DNA of 64,000 bases from Cyanobacteriota bacterium (GCA_046052125.1 JBJOMY010000004.1:128001-192000), one strand, 5' to 3'. Positions 21,462 to 32,028 are shown, counted from the stretch's first letter. Notes: generated by a model from the sequence alone, not told the origin. Numbers and translations are program-made.

Positions 21462-22799
21462 TTGGCCACCCACGAAATCTTTATGCCCGCCCTCTCCTCC
21501 ACCATGACGGAGGGCAAGATCGTGGAGTGGCTCAAGAAGCCCGGCGACAAGGTGGAGCGCGGTGAGTCGGTGCTCGTGGTCGAGTCCGACAAGGCCGACA
21601 TGGACGTGGAATCGTTCAACGAGGGCTATCTCGCCGCCGTGCTGATGCCGGCTGGCGGCACCGCTCCCGTTGGCGAAACCATCGGTCTGATCGTGGAGAC
21701 CCAGGCGGAGATCGCCGAGGTTCAGGCCAAGGCCCCCAGTGGTGGCGCTCCTGCAGCGGCAGCTGCCCCTGCCGCCCCTCCCGCTGTTGCTGCGGCTGCG
21801 CCTGCCGCTCCCGCTGCACCGGCTCCTGTGGTGGCAGCCCCGGTGGCTGTGGCCGCCGCTCCGGCTCCGGTGAGCAATGGCCGCATCGTGGCCAGCCCCC
21901 GCGCCAAGAAGCTGGCCAGCCAGCACGGTGTGGCCCTGGAAACCCTGCGTGGCAGCGGCCCCCACGGTCGCATTCAGGCGGAAGACGTGGAGCGCGCCCT
22001 CGGCCTCACCGTGGCTGTTCCCCGCGTGGCTGAGGGCTCAGGCCCTGCTGCTGTGGCTGCAGCCGGCAATGGTGCTGCTGCGCCCGCACCGGCCCCGGCC
22101 GGCGACGCCTTCGGTCGCCCCGGCGAGAGCGTGAGCTTCAACACGCTCCAGAACGCGGTCAACCGCAACATGCTGGCCAGCCTGGAAGTGCCATGTTTCC
22201 GGGTGGGCTACACGATCACCACCACCAAGCTCGACGCCTTCTACAAGCAGGTGAAGAGCAAGGGCGTCACCATGACCGCCCTGCTCGCCAAGGCTGTGGG
22301 CGTGGTGCTCGCCCGCCATCCGCAGGTGAATGCCGCCACCAGCGCCGACGGCATCGCCATGGCCTACCCCGCTGCGGTGAATGTGGCCGTCGCGGTGGCC
22401 ATGGAAGACGGTGGCCTGATCACCCCGGTGCTGGCCAACGCCGACAAGACCGATATCTATTCACTGGCTCGCAACTGGGCTGATCTGGTGAGCCGTGCCC
22501 GCAGCAAGCAGCTGCAGCCCGACGAATACAGCACCGGCACCTTCACCCTCTCCAACCTGGGCATGTTCGGTGTGGATCGCTTCGACGCGATCCTGCCCCC
22601 GGGCACCGGCGCGATCCTTGCGGTGGCGGCCTCCCGCCCCACGGTGGTGGCCGGCAAGGACGGCTCTATGCGAGTAGCCAATCAGATGCAGGTGAACCTC
22701 ACCTGCGATCACCGCGTGATCTACGGCGCCCATGCCGCCGCCTTCCTCAAGGATCTGGCCCAGCTGATCGAAACCAACCCCGAAAGCCTTGCCGTCTGA
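21462..22799 (+). CDS. pdhC: Pyruvate dehydrogenase E2, dihydrolipoamide acetyltransferase
   Basis: Lipoyl domain VESDKA, Ala/Pro linkers, DHRVIYG; TTG start. Confidence 0.96.
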   Translation: MATHEIFMPALSSTMTEGKIVEWLKKPGDKVERGESVLVVESDKADMDVESFNEGYLAAVLMPAGGTAPVGETIGLIVETQAEIAEVQAKAPSGGAPAAAAAPAAPPAVAAAAPAAPAAPAPVVAAPVAVAAAPAPVSNGRIVASPRAKKLASQHGVALETLRGSGPHGRIQAEDVERALGLTVAVPRVAEGSGPAAVAAAGNGAAAPAPAPAGDAFGRPGESVSFNTLQNAVNRNMLASLEVPCFRVGYTITTTKLDAFYKQVKSKGVTMTALLAKAVGVVLARHPQVNAATSADGIAMAYPAAVNVAVAVAMEDGGLITPVLANADKTDIYSLARNWADLVSRARSKQLQPDEYSTGTFTLSNLGMFGVDRFDAILPPGTGAILAVAASRPTVVAGKDGSMRVANQMQVNLTCDHRVIYGAHAAAFLKDLAQLIETNPESLAV

Positions 22800-23895
22800 G
22801 CCGGCCGATCAGCGGCTGTCGAGCTACATCTTCGATCTTCCGGAGACGTTCATTGCTCAACGGCCCGTCGAGCCGCGCCACTCCGCCCGGTTGCTGGCTG
22901 TTGATCCGGGTCCATCCTCCAGCTGCCGCCACCTGACGGTCTGGGATCTGCAGCACGAGCTGCAGCCTGGCGATCTTCTGGTGGTGAACAACACCCGGGT
23001 GCTTAAAGCCCGTCTGCATGTTCGGCGGCTCAGCGGTGGTTCGGTGGAGCTGCTGGTGCTCGAGCCGGTGCAGGGCAGCGATTGGTTGTGTCTGGCGCGT
23101 CCTGCCAAACGGCTCAAGCCCGGTGAGGTGTTGCAGCTTGAGCACGACGGACAGGAGCCGTTGCCGCTGGAGGTGGTGGGCATCGATGAGGCCAGTGGAG
23201 GTCGCGTGGTGCGCTTCCCTCAGGAGTGCACCAGCCCCGAGGCGATCGAAGCCCTGCTGGCGCGTTATGGCTCGATCCCCCTGCCTCCCTACATCCAGCA
23301 GCAGAGCGACGACGACGACACGCGCTATCAGACCCGCTACGCCTCCCGCCCCGGAGCCGTGGCCGCACCCACGGCGGGGTTGCACTTCAGCGATGAACTG
23401 ATCAGCGCGATCCGCGCCCGTGGTGTGGAGTTGGCGGAGGTCACCCTGCACGTGGGTCTGGGCACGTTTCGGCCTGTGGAAACCGAAGACCTCACGCAGC
23501 TGGAGTTGCACAGCGAATGGGTGGAGGTATCGCCCAAGCTGGTGGAGGCCGTGGCTGCCTGCCGCGCCCGCGGCGGCAGGGTGATTGCCGTGGGCACCAC
23601 CAGCGTGCGCAGCCTGGAGGCGGTGGCCCAGCTGCATGGCGGCGCGCTGAAGCCCCACACCGGCCCCGTGAACCTCGTGATTCAGCCGGGCTATCGCTTT
23701 GCGGTGGTGCAGGGCCTGCTGACCAACTTCCACCTGCCCAAGAGTTCGCTGCTCCTGCTGGTGAGCGCCCTGATCGGCCGCCAGCGCCTGCTGGGTCTCT
23801 ATGAGCAAGCCAAGGCCGAGGGCTATCGCTTCTTCTCCTACGGCGATGCCATGTGGATCGCGCCGGAGGCGGTGATGGCGGAAGCGCGCCCCTGA
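22789..23895 (+). CDS. queA: S-adenosylmethionine:tRNA ribosyltransferase-isomerase
   Basis: [33 protein letters not shown]. Confidence 0.97.
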   Translation: MPSEPADQRLSSYIFDLPETFIAQRPVEPRHSARLLAVDPGPSSSCRHLTVWDLQHELQPGDLLVVNNTRVLKARLHVRRLSGGSVELLVLEPVQGSDWLCLARPAKRLKPGEVLQLEHDGQEPLPLEVVGIDEASGGRVVRFPQECTSPEAIEALLARYGSIPLPPYIQQQSDDDDTRYQTRYASRPGAVAAPTAGLHFSDELISAIRARGVELAEVTLHVGLGTFRPVETEDLTQLELHSEWVEVSPKLVEAVAACRARGGRVIAVGTTSVRSLEAVAQLHGGALKPHTGPVNLVIQPGYRFAVVQGLLTNFHLPKSSLLLLVSALIGRQRLLGLYEQAKAEGYRFFSYGDAMWIAPEAVMAEARP

Positions 23896-23929
23896 TGAAG
23901 CGTGACCCTGAGGCTGAAAATCAGCCATC

Positions 23930-23957
23930 AAAAAAGCCCCCGGGGGTTCCGGGGGCT
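23930..23957 (-). terminator. Intrinsic terminator downstream of sodB
   Basis: AGCCCCCGG/CCGGGGGCT stem with an A-run on the + strand (U-tract on the - strand). Confidence 0.8.
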
Positions 23958-23980
23958 GGGGTTGTGATCGCGACGATCGA

Positions 23981-24580
23981 TCAGGCGGCGGCCAGGTTGG
24001 CGGCCACGAAGTCCCAGTTCACCAGCTTGTCGAGGTAGGTGGTGATGTAGTCGGGACGGCGGTTCTGGTAGTCGAGGTAGTAGGCGTGCTCCCACACATC
24101 CATGGTGAGCAGAGCCTTCTGACCGTGGGCCAGGGGCAGATCGGCGTTGCCGGTCTTGGTCACCTTGAGGGTGCCGTTGTCGAGCACCAGCCAGGCCCAG
24201 CCGCTGCCGAACTGGGTGGCGCCGGCGGCCTTGAACTCCTCAACGAACTTCTCGAAGCTGCCGAAGTCAGCGTTGATTTTGTCGAGCAGAGCGCCGCTGG
24301 GGGTGCCGCCGCCATTGGGCTTGATGCACTGCCAGTAGAAGCTGTGGTTCCACACCTGAGCGGCGTTGTTGAACACGCCGGCTTTGCTGGCGTCACCGGC
24401 CACGGCGGTGATGGTGTCTTCCAGGCTCTTGCCTTCCAGCTCGGTGCCGGCCACCAAGTTGTTGAGGTTGGTCACGTAAGCGTTGTGGTGCTTGCCGTGG
24501 TGGAACTCAAGGGTTTGGCGGGAGATGTGGGGCTCGAGCGCATCGAGGCCGTAGGGCAGCGCAGGCAGCGTGTGAGCCAT
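23981..24580 (-). CDS. sodB: Fe superoxide dismutase
   Basis: [16 protein letters not shown] (Fe-type pattern), DVWEHAYY. Confidence 0.93.
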   Translation of the reverse strand: MAHTLPALPYGLDALEPHISRQTLEFHHGKHHNAYVTNLNNLVAGTELEGKSLEDTITAVAGDASKAGVFNNAAQVWNHSFYWQCIKPNGGGTPSGALLDKINADFGSFEKFVEEFKAAGATQFGSGWAWLVLDNGTLKVTKTGNADLPLAHGQKALLTMDVWEHAYYLDYQNRRPDYITTYLDKLVNWDFVAANLAAA

Positions 24581-24733
24581 GAGACGTGGGGTCGTGCTGG
24601 GTGTGGCCGGCCTAGCGCCGGTCGGCCCGGCATCCTAACGATCGCTTCAGGTTTCGTAAGTCGCGAGAACCGAATCCCCAGGAGGGTGTACGGGCGCCAC
24701 GTGTGAACGCTGGCGCTCCGGAGGACACCTGAA

Positions 24734-25357
24734 TCAGCCCTTGATCTCCAGCAGTTCCACTTCAAAGATCAGCGTGGCATTCGGGGGAATCACACCGCCC
24801 GCACCGCGCTCGCCGTAGGCCAGATCGGCGGGAATCACCAGCTTGCGCTTGCCGCCCACCTGCATGCCTGCCACACCTTCATCCCAGCCTTTGATCACCC
24901 GGCCGGCGCCGAGGGGGAAGGAGAAGGGACCGCGGCCATAGCTGCTGTCGAACTCTTTGCCGTTCTCCAGGGTGCCGCGGTAGTTCACCACCACGGTCTG
25001 ACCCGAGGTGGCTTCGGGGCCATCACCCAGCTCCAGATCGGTGATGCGCAGGCCGCTGGGGGTCACGCGTTCCTTGGCGACCACCAGTTCTCCACCGAGG
25101 GCGGAAGCGCCGGAATCGGCGATCTGATCAGGGCTGCCGGTGTCGTTGGCCATGGTGAAAAGGGTGGGGTTGGGGTCTTCGGGATCCAATTCGAACTGGC
25201 CACGCACAGGGGCTTGCATCGCCGCCGGCGCGGCTGAGACGACTGCGGCTTGTGCCGTGGGTTGCGCCTGCACTGTGGAGGGCGACACCAGCTGACTGAC
25301 CAGGGCCAGCAACAGGCAGGCCACGCACACAGCTGAACTGATCAGGATGTCGCGCAT
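24734..25357 (-). CDS. FKBP-type peptidyl-prolyl isomerase
   Basis: [32 protein letters not shown]-terminal hydrophobic segment. Confidence 0.95.
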   Translation of the reverse strand: MRDILISSAVCVACLLLALVSQLVSPSTVQAQPTAQAAVVSAAPAAMQAPVRGQFELDPEDPNPTLFTMANDTGSPDQIADSGASALGGELVVAKERVTPSGLRITDLELGDGPEATSGQTVVVNYRGTLENGKEFDSSYGRGPFSFPLGAGRVIKGWDEGVAGMQVGGKRKLVIPADLAYGERGAGGVIPPNATLIFEVELLEIKG

Positions 25358-25399
25358 GGGCTGGTTGGATCGCTGCGTTGGCGCGATTCTGCCCCAGCT

Positions 25400-25774
25400 T
25401 CAGTCGGGAAGGTCGCCATAGCCGCTGGTGTTGCTGGCGGGATCGTCGCTGCGCTGACGCCGCAGCTGCTGCTCGAGGCGATCAATGCGCCCGCGCAGCT
25501 CATCCACCTCCCGCTGCCGGGCGAGGCCCAGATCCTGCAGCAGGTGATCGAGGTTGCGCTCCACCTGGCGTTCGGTCTGTTTCTCCAGCTCGGGGTTCTC
25601 TCCGCGGAGGCTGGCGAGCACGTCATCCACCAAAGCAGTGGCCTGGCTCGGATCCAGCCGGCCACTGCGTACCCAGGCCTGGGTCACGCCCCTGAGTCGT
25701 TCAGACACCAGCGACGTGGTGCCGAGCCCGCGCACCAGCAGCTGTTGCAGGGGATTGCTCGGATCCATGGCCAT
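25400..25774 (-). CDS. Phasin-like conserved protein
   Basis: Amphipathic helical protein with LGLARQREVDELRGRIDRLE. Confidence 0.65.
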   Translation of the reverse strand: MAMDPSNPLQQLLVRGLGTTSLVSERLRGVTQAWVRSGRLDPSQATALVDDVLASLRGENPELEKQTERQVERNLDHLLQDLGLARQREVDELRGRIDRLEQQLRRQRSDDPASNTSGYGDLPD

Positions 25775-25819
25775 CGCCGTTGAAGCGCTCTGTGCAAACC
25801 ATGGCGCTTCCTAGGGTCT

Positions 25820-27295
25820 GTGGCCATGGCAGGCAACCGGCCGTTGTGGAGATGGTGGATCGCTCTCGCAGCAGGTGGGCTGGCGGGAGCGGCTCTGCCT
25901 CCTTGGGGCTGCCCGCCGTTGCTGTGGCTGGCGCTGCTGCCGTTGTGGGCTCTGGGCCCGGGGCCGGCTCTGGCCTGGGGTGCTGCGGCAGTGCTGGTGA
26001 GTCACCGCTGGTTGCTCTGGTTGCACCCGTTGGATTGGGTGGGGGTGCCGCTGCCTCTCAGCCTGCCCCTGTGCGTCCTGCTCTGGCTGGGCCTTGGGGT
26101 GTTGGGAGCCCTGCTGGTGTCGGGGTGGCGTTGGGTTGTGCAGCGTCTTGGAGCCGATCGCCTCAGCACGGCCTGCCTAGCGGCATCGCTGTGGGGTTTG
26201 GCGGAGGTGCTTCTGGCGAAAGGACCGCTGTTTTGGATCGGCCTGGGCACCGCTGTGTTGCCGGGAGATCGGGCCCTGGCGGGTCTGGCGCAGCTGGTGG
26301 GCGTTGGTGGCCTGGCCGCCCTGCAGCTGCTGCTGAGTTGGTGGGTGTGGCGCTGGCTCCTCAACTTGTTCTCGCAGCGTTCAGGAGCAGGACGTTCAGC
26401 GCTGACCTGGCTGGTGCTGGTGTTGGTGCTGCACGGTTGGGGCTGGTGGCTTGTGCTGGCGGAGCAGCGGACGGCCGAGGCTGCGAATCGATCCCTCTCG
26501 CTGCTGGTGCTGCAGCCGGCGATCCCCACCCGTGAAAAATTCAGCTGGACCCAGCAGCAGGCCCTGATGCGGCGCCTCGCTGCAGCGCAGGCTCAGGCAG
26601 AAGCGCTCGGGGTGGATGCCCTGTTGCTGCCTGAGGGGGCGCTGGCCCTTGGAGAGCCCTTGCCCCGCGCGGCTGCGGTTGAGGTGTTGAGCGGTGGCTT
26701 TCGCCAGGCGGGCGAGCGTCTCCACAGTTCGCTGCTGCGATTTGAGCCGGGTTCGTTAACGGCCGATCAGGCCCTCGATAAGCACCGGCTGGTTCCCCTC
26801 GGTGAGTGGATCCCCGCTCCCCAGTGGCTCGCCTGGAGTGGGCTGTCCGCGGTGGGGGGCATCGATCCCGGCCAGCCTTCACGCCTGCTGTCTCGCCCTG
26901 GTGGGGACGTGGGCGTGGCGATTTGCTACGAGCTGGCTGATGGCACGGCTCTGGCGGCAGCCAGTCGGGACGGGGCGCGCTGGCTGTTGGCGAGCGCCAA
27001 TCTCGATCCGTATCCCAGCCAGCTCCAGCGGCAATTTGAAGCCCTCGCTCAGCTGCGCGCTTTGGAATCCAGCCGCTGGCTGGTGAGTGCGGCCAACACG
27101 GGCCCGAGCTTGGTGGTGAACCCAGCTGGCGAGGTGCTTCAGCGCTTGCCCGCCGGAGAGGCGGGAACCCTGGCGGTTCGGATCAGTGAGCGCTCGGAGA
27201 TCACGGTCTACGGGCGCGTAGGTGAGTGGCCCTTGCTGCTGCTTGGCCTCACCAGCGGCATCGCCCGGACCCGTTTCAGGGTGCGACAATCTTGA
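25820..27295 (+). CDS. lnt: Apolipoprotein N-acyltransferase
   Basis: N-terminal TM segments; LPEGA, KHRLVPLGE, ICYE nitrilase-fold triad. Confidence 0.92.
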   Translation: MAMAGNRPLWRWWIALAAGGLAGAALPPWGCPPLLWLALLPLWALGPGPALAWGAAAVLVSHRWLLWLHPLDWVGVPLPLSLPLCVLLWLGLGVLGALLVSGWRWVVQRLGADRLSTACLAASLWGLAEVLLAKGPLFWIGLGTAVLPGDRALAGLAQLVGVGGLAALQLLLSWWVWRWLLNLFSQRSGAGRSALTWLVLVLVLHGWGWWLVLAEQRTAEAANRSLSLLVLQPAIPTREKFSWTQQQALMRRLAAAQAQAEALGVDALLLPEGALALGEPLPRAAAVEVLSGGFRQAGERLHSSLLRFEPGSLTADQALDKHRLVPLGEWIPAPQWLAWSGLSAVGGIDPGQPSRLLSRPGGDVGVAICYELADGTALAAASRDGARWLLASANLDPYPSQLQRQFEALAQLRALESSRWLVSAANTGPSLVVNPAGEVLQRLPAGEAGTLAVRISERSEITVYGRVGEWPLLLLGLTSGIARTRFRVRQS

Positions 27296-27314
27296 GACAT
27301 TCTTGAGATCGCCT

Positions 27315-27863
27315 GTGCCTTTGCTGCCCCGGGCTCTGGCGTTGTTGATCGGCTCCGGCGCATGGCTCGGGCTGGCTGGCGGGGCTCTGGCGGCTCCTGG
27401 GCCCCTGCGCGATGAGGCGCAGCTGCTGGAGCAGCTGCGTTCCCTGGGGGTGGCTGTTTCGCTTGCGGGTGAGTGCGGTGCCCCTGGGCAGCTCGCCACT
27501 TACAACATGGGCGCCAACGTGCTGTGCCTGGGTGATGCGTTGCTGGCGAGGCCGGCTGAGCGCAGCAAGGTGTTGCATCACGAGTTGGTGCATGTGGTGC
27601 AGGACTGTCTCGATGGGCTCGAGACGCCCACCTCAATGACCCTGGTGGATGGTCTACGCCGCGCCGGCGATCTCACGGAGCGCCAGCTCAACGGTTTTTT
27701 CCTGCAGCACCTACGCGATCAGGGCAATCTCAGCCACGTGGTCGCCACAACCGCTCCATTGCCGCAGGACAGCCGACAGCGGGAGATTGAGGCCTACGCC
27801 TTGCAGGCCGACCCTGCTCTGGTGCAGCACTTATTGCGTGAAAGTTGCCGGCGCAAGCCATAA
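27315..27863 (+). CDS. Putative secreted zincin-like (HExxH) protein
   Basis: Signal-like leader ending in ALA; HELVHVVQ and downstream EIEAY; start uncertain. Confidence 0.65.
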   Translation: MPLLPRALALLIGSGAWLGLAGGALAAPGPLRDEAQLLEQLRSLGVAVSLAGECGAPGQLATYNMGANVLCLGDALLARPAERSKVLHHELVHVVQDCLDGLETPTSMTLVDGLRRAGDLTERQLNGFFLQHLRDQGNLSHVVATTAPLPQDSRQREIEAYALQADPALVQHLLRESCRRKP

Positions 27864-27886
27864 AAGAAGCGCCCCATGGGGCGCTT
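27863..27886 (-). terminator. Hairpin terminator between the HExxH gene and the small peptide gene
   Basis: AAGCGCCCC-AT-GGGGCGCTT inverted repeat (27867-27886), followed by a U-rich run on the - strand. Confidence 0.65.
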
Positions 27887-27915
27887 GCTGTATCGAATGA
27901 ACAAAGCGTTCCGGA

Positions 27916-28017
27916 TCAGAAGATCTGAGCGCGTGGGTTGATCACGCTGGCCAGCTGAGCCTGATGCAGGCGCTTGGCTTTGAGGATCTGAGCGCGGATG
28001 AGAGCAAGTGTGTTCAT
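27916..28017 (-). CDS. 33-aa peptide downstream of a glutamine-II riboswitch (MNTLALIRAQILKAKRLHQAQLASVINPRAQIF)
   Basis: Translated by hand from ATG 28017 to TGA 27916; lies between the riboswitch-like RNA and a terminator; not in the ORF track. Confidence 0.75.
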   Translation of the reverse strand: MNTLALIRAQILKAKRLHQAQLASVINPRAQIF

Positions 28018-28034
28018 GGCGGTGGCCTGAAACC

Positions 28035-28088
28035 GGCAGCCCCGTTCCCTGCTGCCAAGGCGTGCGTCCCACAAAGGGGATGAACGTG
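28035..28088 (-). ncRNA. Glutamine-II (Downstream-peptide) riboswitch
   Basis: Minus strand CACGUUCAUCCCCUUUGUGGGACGCACGCCUUGGCAGCAGGGAACGGGGCUGCC: 5' CGUUC is complementary to GAACG in the loop of a GGCAGC/GCUGCC hairpin (pseudoknot), plus a UCCC/GGGA stem. Confidence 0.8.
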
Positions 28089-28096
28089 CTTAAACC

Positions 28097-28110
28097 GTGG
28101 CAACGGCTAC
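28097..28110 (-). promoter_or_regulatory. Putative NtcA-binding site
   Basis: Minus strand GTA-GCCGTTGC-CAC, one mismatch to GTA-N8-TAC, immediately upstream of the riboswitch. Confidence 0.55.
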
Positions 28111-28206
28111 TTGATCAAAAGAGTTCGTGGTGTACCACTCGCTCATTTTTCTGGTGTTTTCGGGTGTTGTGAGCGCTCGCGCGGTGTGAGGGATTGCCTA
28201 AAAGCG

Positions 28207-28237
28207 AAAAACCCCGCAGCCAACGGCTACGGGGTTT
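28207..28237 (-). terminator. Terminator downstream of tRNA-Ala
   Basis: AAACCCCG-CAGCC-AAC-GGCTA-CGGGGTTT hairpin with an A-run on the + strand. Confidence 0.7.
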
Positions 28238-28250
28238 GACAGATCTTGAA

Positions 28251-28323
28251 TGGAGCCTAGGAGATTCGAACTCCTGACCCCTTGCATGCCATGCAAGTGC
28301 TCTACCAGCTGAGCTAAGGCCCC
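28251..28323 (-). tRNA. tRNA-Ala (GGC)
   Basis: Reverse complement GGGGCCTTAGCTCAGCTGGTAGAGCACTTGCATGGCATGCAAGGGGTCAGGAGTTCGAATCTCCTAGGCTCCA; 73-nt cloverleaf, anticodon GGC, G3:U70 pair. Confidence 0.97.
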
Positions 28324-28428
28324 GATGGGATCAAAAGGCTGATCGGGGCTGGACTCCCGAACCGGCCTTGCGGCCCGCCGTTTCGATGCAGAGAGCTTAC
28401 ACCGCAGGGGTGCAGGCCTGGTAGCTGC

Positions 28429-29046
28429 CTACACCTGCCGCCAAACGGCGACGAGTTTTCCCTGCACCGCCACCTGTTCGGCGTCGAGCAGGATCGGTTC
28501 ATAGGCGGGGTTGGCTGCCTCGAGGCGCACCTGGCGGCCATCGCGGTGAAAGTGCTTGAGCGTGGTGCCGCTACCGGGCACCAGGGCGCTCACGATCGTG
28601 CCGTTGCGCAGCCGGCTTGGCTCCAGCACCGGTTCCATCAGCACCACGTCGCCATCGGCGATGTGGGCATCCACCATCGAATCGCCATTCACGGTGAGGG
28701 CGAACAGGCCGCGGGTTTCCAGCACGGGCGCCAGATCGAGGCGATCGCTCACGTCGTCGAAGGTTTCCACCAGCCCGCCGGCGGCCACGGCGCCCAGCAC
28801 GGGGATGCCTGGGGTGAGTGCGCCCAGGAGCTGCAGGGTGCGGGCTTGGCCTTCCTGCCAGGTGATCCAGCCCTTCTGCTGCAAGTGCCGTAAACGGCTC
28901 TGCACCGGAGCCGGGGAGCGCAGCCCCATGGCTTCCATCATCTGGCGGATGGAGGGGCTGTGGCGGTGTTGGCCGATGAAGCTCGCTAGCCAGTCGTACA
29001 GCTCCTGCTGGGCTGGGGTGAGCGGTTCAGGAGATCCTGCGGGCAC
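28429..29046 (-). CDS. lexA: SOS repressor LexA
   Basis: Winged HTH (SPSIRQM...GLRSPAP), VAAG cleavage site, GDSM serine, TLK lysine. Confidence 0.95.
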   Translation of the reverse strand: MPAGSPEPLTPAQQELYDWLASFIGQHRHSPSIRQMMEAMGLRSPAPVQSRLRHLQQKGWITWQEGQARTLQLLGALTPGIPVLGAVAAGGLVETFDDVSDRLDLAPVLETRGLFALTVNGDSMVDAHIADGDVVLMEPVLEPSRLRNGTIVSALVPGSGTTLKHFHRDGRQVRLEAANPAYEPILLDAEQVAVQGKLVAVWRQV

Positions 29047-29066
29047 CGGCGATGCGGATGGCTGTC

Positions 29067-29080
29067 AATACATTTGTACC
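29067..29080. promoter_or_regulatory. Putative LexA box upstream of lexA
   Basis: Minus strand GGTACAAATGTATT is close to the cyanobacterial RGTAC-N3-DGTWC motif, about 20 bp before the start codon. Confidence 0.65.
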
Positions 29081-29135
29081 GTTCGCCTGTTCGCTTGGCA
29101 AGCCTTGAAGTGTGTGTTGCTCTCAGGGCGTGGGC

Positions 29136-30086
29136 TCAGACGCCGCCCAGGAGTGCCGCCAGCAGTGCCTGTTGCGCATGAAGGCGGTTTTCGGCCTGAT
29201 CAAAGATGCGAGTGCTGCTGCCTTCCATGGCGCCGGCACTGATTTCCAGGCCGCGATAGGCGGGCAGGCAGTGCAACACGATCGCCCGGGGATCGGCTTC
29301 GGCTACGAGCTCTTCATTGAGGCACCAGCCACTGAAGGCGGCTTCGCGGGCTGCTTTCTCGTCTTCCTGGCCCATGGAGGCCCACACATCGGTGTAGAGG
29401 GCGTGGGCGCCACGCACGGAAGCAACCGGCTCGTGCACTACCTCGATGCTGCAGCGCGTGCCTGCCAGCTGGCGGGATTGCTCCAACACCGTGGCGTCCG
29501 GTTCATACCCCTGGGGGCAGCCAACCCGCACGTTCACCCCCAGCAGGGCGCCGCAGAGCATCAAGGAGTGGGCCACGTTGTTGCCATCACCCACATAGGC
29601 CAGGGTGAGTCCATCCAGTTCGCCGAAGGCTTCCTGCAGGGTGAGGTAGTCGGCCAGGGCCTGACAGGGGTGCTCGAGATCGGTGAGGGCGTTGATCACC
29701 GGGATCGAGGCCCAATGGGCGTACTCCGCCAGCTCCTCTTGGGCAAAGGTGCGGATCGCCAGGGCATCCACGTAACGGCTGAGCACGCGGGCGGTGTCAG
29801 CCACCGGCTCACCGCGACCAACCTGGCTGACCTGGGGATTGAGGTCGATGGTCTGGCCTCCCAGCCGGGCCATCGCCACCGTGAAACTCACCCGGGTGCG
29901 GGTGGAGGCCTTGCTGAAGATCAGGCCGAGGCTGCGGCCACCGAGATCGATGCGGGTTCGGCCCGCCTTGAGATCGGCCGCCAGCTGGAGCAGAGCTGTG
30001 GTCTGCTCAGCAGTGGTGTCGGTGGAGGAGAGAAAGTCGCGCCCTTTCAGCTCCGCCAAGGCTGGGTAGCCGCTGCTGGCAGCCAT
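29136..30086 (-). CDS. argF: Ornithine carbamoyltransferase
   Basis: STRTR, HPCQ, YTDVWASMGQE, HCLP. Confidence 0.97.
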   Translation of the reverse strand: MAASSGYPALAELKGRDFLSSTDTTAEQTTALLQLAADLKAGRTRIDLGGRSLGLIFSKASTRTRVSFTVAMARLGGQTIDLNPQVSQVGRGEPVADTARVLSRYVDALAIRTFAQEELAEYAHWASIPVINALTDLEHPCQALADYLTLQEAFGELDGLTLAYVGDGNNVAHSLMLCGALLGVNVRVGCPQGYEPDATVLEQSRQLAGTRCSIEVVHEPVASVRGAHALYTDVWASMGQEDEKAAREAAFSGWCLNEELVAEADPRAIVLHCLPAYRGLEISAGAMEGSSTRIFDQAENRLHAQQALLAALLGGV

Positions 30087-30147
30087 CGGCCTTTCTTCAA
30101 AGAACCCTTATCCGGGATCAAGGGCCCCGCCGTCAAGGCCTTGGCCT

Positions 30148-32028
30148 TCAGGCGATGGCCACTGCCTCCTCCGGCATCACGCTGCTGGCCAGCAGGTTCT
30201 TGAGATCGTCGCCCTCGATCACCTCTTTTTCGAGGATCTGCTGGGAGATGCTCTCCAGCAACTCACGGTTGTGGTTGAGGATCGAGAGGGCCCGGTCGTG
30301 GGCGCGATCCACGAGGGTGCGCACCTCCTTGTCGATCGCCTGAGCGGTGGCATCGCTCACCACCCGTCGCGGGTTGTTGCCGCCGCCGAGGAAGCGGCTG
30401 CCGCCTTGCTTGTCGTAGGCGAGGGGGCCGAGCACATCACTCATGCCGTAGGTGCCCACCATCTGCTCGGCGATGTCGGTGGCGCGCTGCAGGTCATTGG
30501 CAGCGCCGGTGGTCACCGCTCCAAACACGATCTCTTCGGCGCTGCGGCCGCCGAGCAGGGTGGCGATCTGACCTTCCAGGTCTTCTTTGGAGTTGAGGAA
30601 GCGCTCCTCGGTGGGCAGCTGCAGGGTGTAGCCCAGCGCTGCCATGCCGCGGGGCACGATCGAGATCTTCGCCACCTTGCTGCCGCCAGGCATCAGGTGG
30701 CCAACGATGGCGTGGCCCACTTCGTGATAAGCCACCACCTTCTTCTCATCGGGTTGCAGCACCCGGCTCTTCTTCTCCAGGCCGGCCACCACGCGCTCGA
30801 TAGCCTCATTGAGATCGCCCTGTTCCACGGCGGTGCGCTTAGCCCGGGCCGCCAGCAATGCCGCTTCGTTCACCAGGTTGGCCAGGTCGGCGCCCGAAAA
30901 GCCGCTCGTGGCCTGGGCGAGCTTGTCGAGATCTACGCCCGGGGCCAGCTTCACCTTGCGGGCATAGATGTCCAGGATCGTCTTACGGCCGGAGAGGTCG
31001 GGGCGATCCACCAGCACCTGCCGGTCGAAGCGGCCGGGGCGCAGCAGAGCGGCGTCGAGAGTCTCGGGCTGGTTGGTGGCGGCCAGCACGATCACCGGTT
31101 TGTCCTTGGCGGCAAAGCCGTCCATCTCGGTGAGCAGCTGGTTGAGGGTCTGCTCGCGTTCGTCGTTACCGCCCACCACGCCCATCGAGCCGGCGCGGCT
31201 CTTACCGATGGCATCGAGTTCATCGATGAAAATGATGCAGGGAGCTTTCTTCTTGGCTTCTTCAAACAGATCGCGCACGCGAGCTGCGCCAGCTCCCACA
31301 AACAGCTCAACGAATTCCGAGCCGCTGATGATGAAGAAGGGCACGCCCGCTTCACCGGCCACGGCTTTGGAGAGCAGGGTTTTGCCGGTGCCGGGAGGGC
31401 CCACCAGCAGAACGCCCTTGGGGATACGTGCACCGATCGCGGTGTAGCGCTCAGGTGTCTTGAGGAAGTCGACGATCTCAGTGAGTTCCTGCTTGGCCTC
31501 ATCCACGCCGGCCACATCGGCGAAGGTGACGCGGGATTCCTCATCGGGCACGTACACCTTGGCCTTGCTCTTGGTGAAGCTCAGCGCGCCTTGGGCGCCG
31601 CCCATGGAACGACGGGCGAAGAACTGCAGCACAAGGATGAAGATCAATGGCGGCACGATCCAGCTCAGGGCCGTGGTGATGAAGCTGGGCTTCTGGGGTG
31701 GTGCCGCGGCGAATTCCACGCCGTGCTCCTCGAGCCGCTTCGGCAGATCCATGTCGAAGATCGGCGTGGTGGCCAGCACACTTGGGGCGCCTTCCGCCGG
31801 CGCCTCTTTCAGCTCGTAGCGGATCTGTTCTTGGGTGATGTAGGCGCGGCGTACGTTGCCGTCATCCACCTGACTCACAAACAGCGAGTAGGGAACGCGA
31901 GGCACCTGCTGCATGCCCTGATTCGGCAGGAAGCTGCTCACCAGCAGCAGCACCCCGAAGCCGATCAGCACCAAGTTCACGATGCCGAACCGGCGGTTCG
32001 GAGGCGTGTCGTCCTTGCGGATAGCCAT
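30148..32028 (-). CDS. ftsH: ATP-dependent zinc metalloprotease FtsH
   Basis: Two TM segments, [21 protein letters not shown]. Confidence 0.97.
   Translation of the reverse strand: MAIRKDDTPPNRRFGIVNLVLIGFGVLLLVSSFLPNQGMQQVPRVPYSLFVSQVDDGNVRRAYITQEQIRYELKEAPAEGAPSVLATTPIFDMDLPKRLEEHGVEFAAAPPQKPSFITTALSWIVPPLIFILVLQFFARRSMGGAQGALSFTKSKAKVYVPDEESRVTFADVAGVDEAKQELTEIVDFLKTPERYTAIGARIPKGVLLVGPPGTGKTLLSKAVAGEAGVPFFIISGSEFVELFVGAGAARVRDLFEEAKKKAPCIIFIDELDAIGKSRAGSMGVVGGNDEREQTLNQLLTEMDGFAAKDKPVIVLAATNQPETLDAALLRPGRFDRQVLVDRPDLSGRKTILDIYARKVKLAPGVDLDKLAQATSGFSGADLANLVNEAALLAARAKRTAVEQGDLNEAIERVVAGLEKKSRVLQPDEKKVVAYHEVGHAIVGHLMPGGSKVAKISIVPRGMAALGYTLQLPTEERFLNSKEDLEGQIATLLGGRSAEEIVFGAVTTGAANDLQRATDIAEQMVGTYGMSDVLGPLAYDKQGGSRFLGGGNNPRRVVSDATAQAIDKEVRTLVDRAHDRALSILNHNRELLESISQQILEKEVIEGDDLKNLLASSVMPEEAVAIA

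Noticed and set aside
24640..24685. Possible Fur/PerR-like box upstream of sodB (GCGAGAACCGAATCCC)
   Set aside because: The match is too degenerate to support.
28101..28230. 10-bp direct repeat CAACGGCTAC at 28101 and 28221 near the tRNA 3' end
   Set aside because: It is not a copy of the tRNA 3' end. One copy lies in the NtcA-like site and the other in the terminator stem, so it is no evidence for an integrated element.
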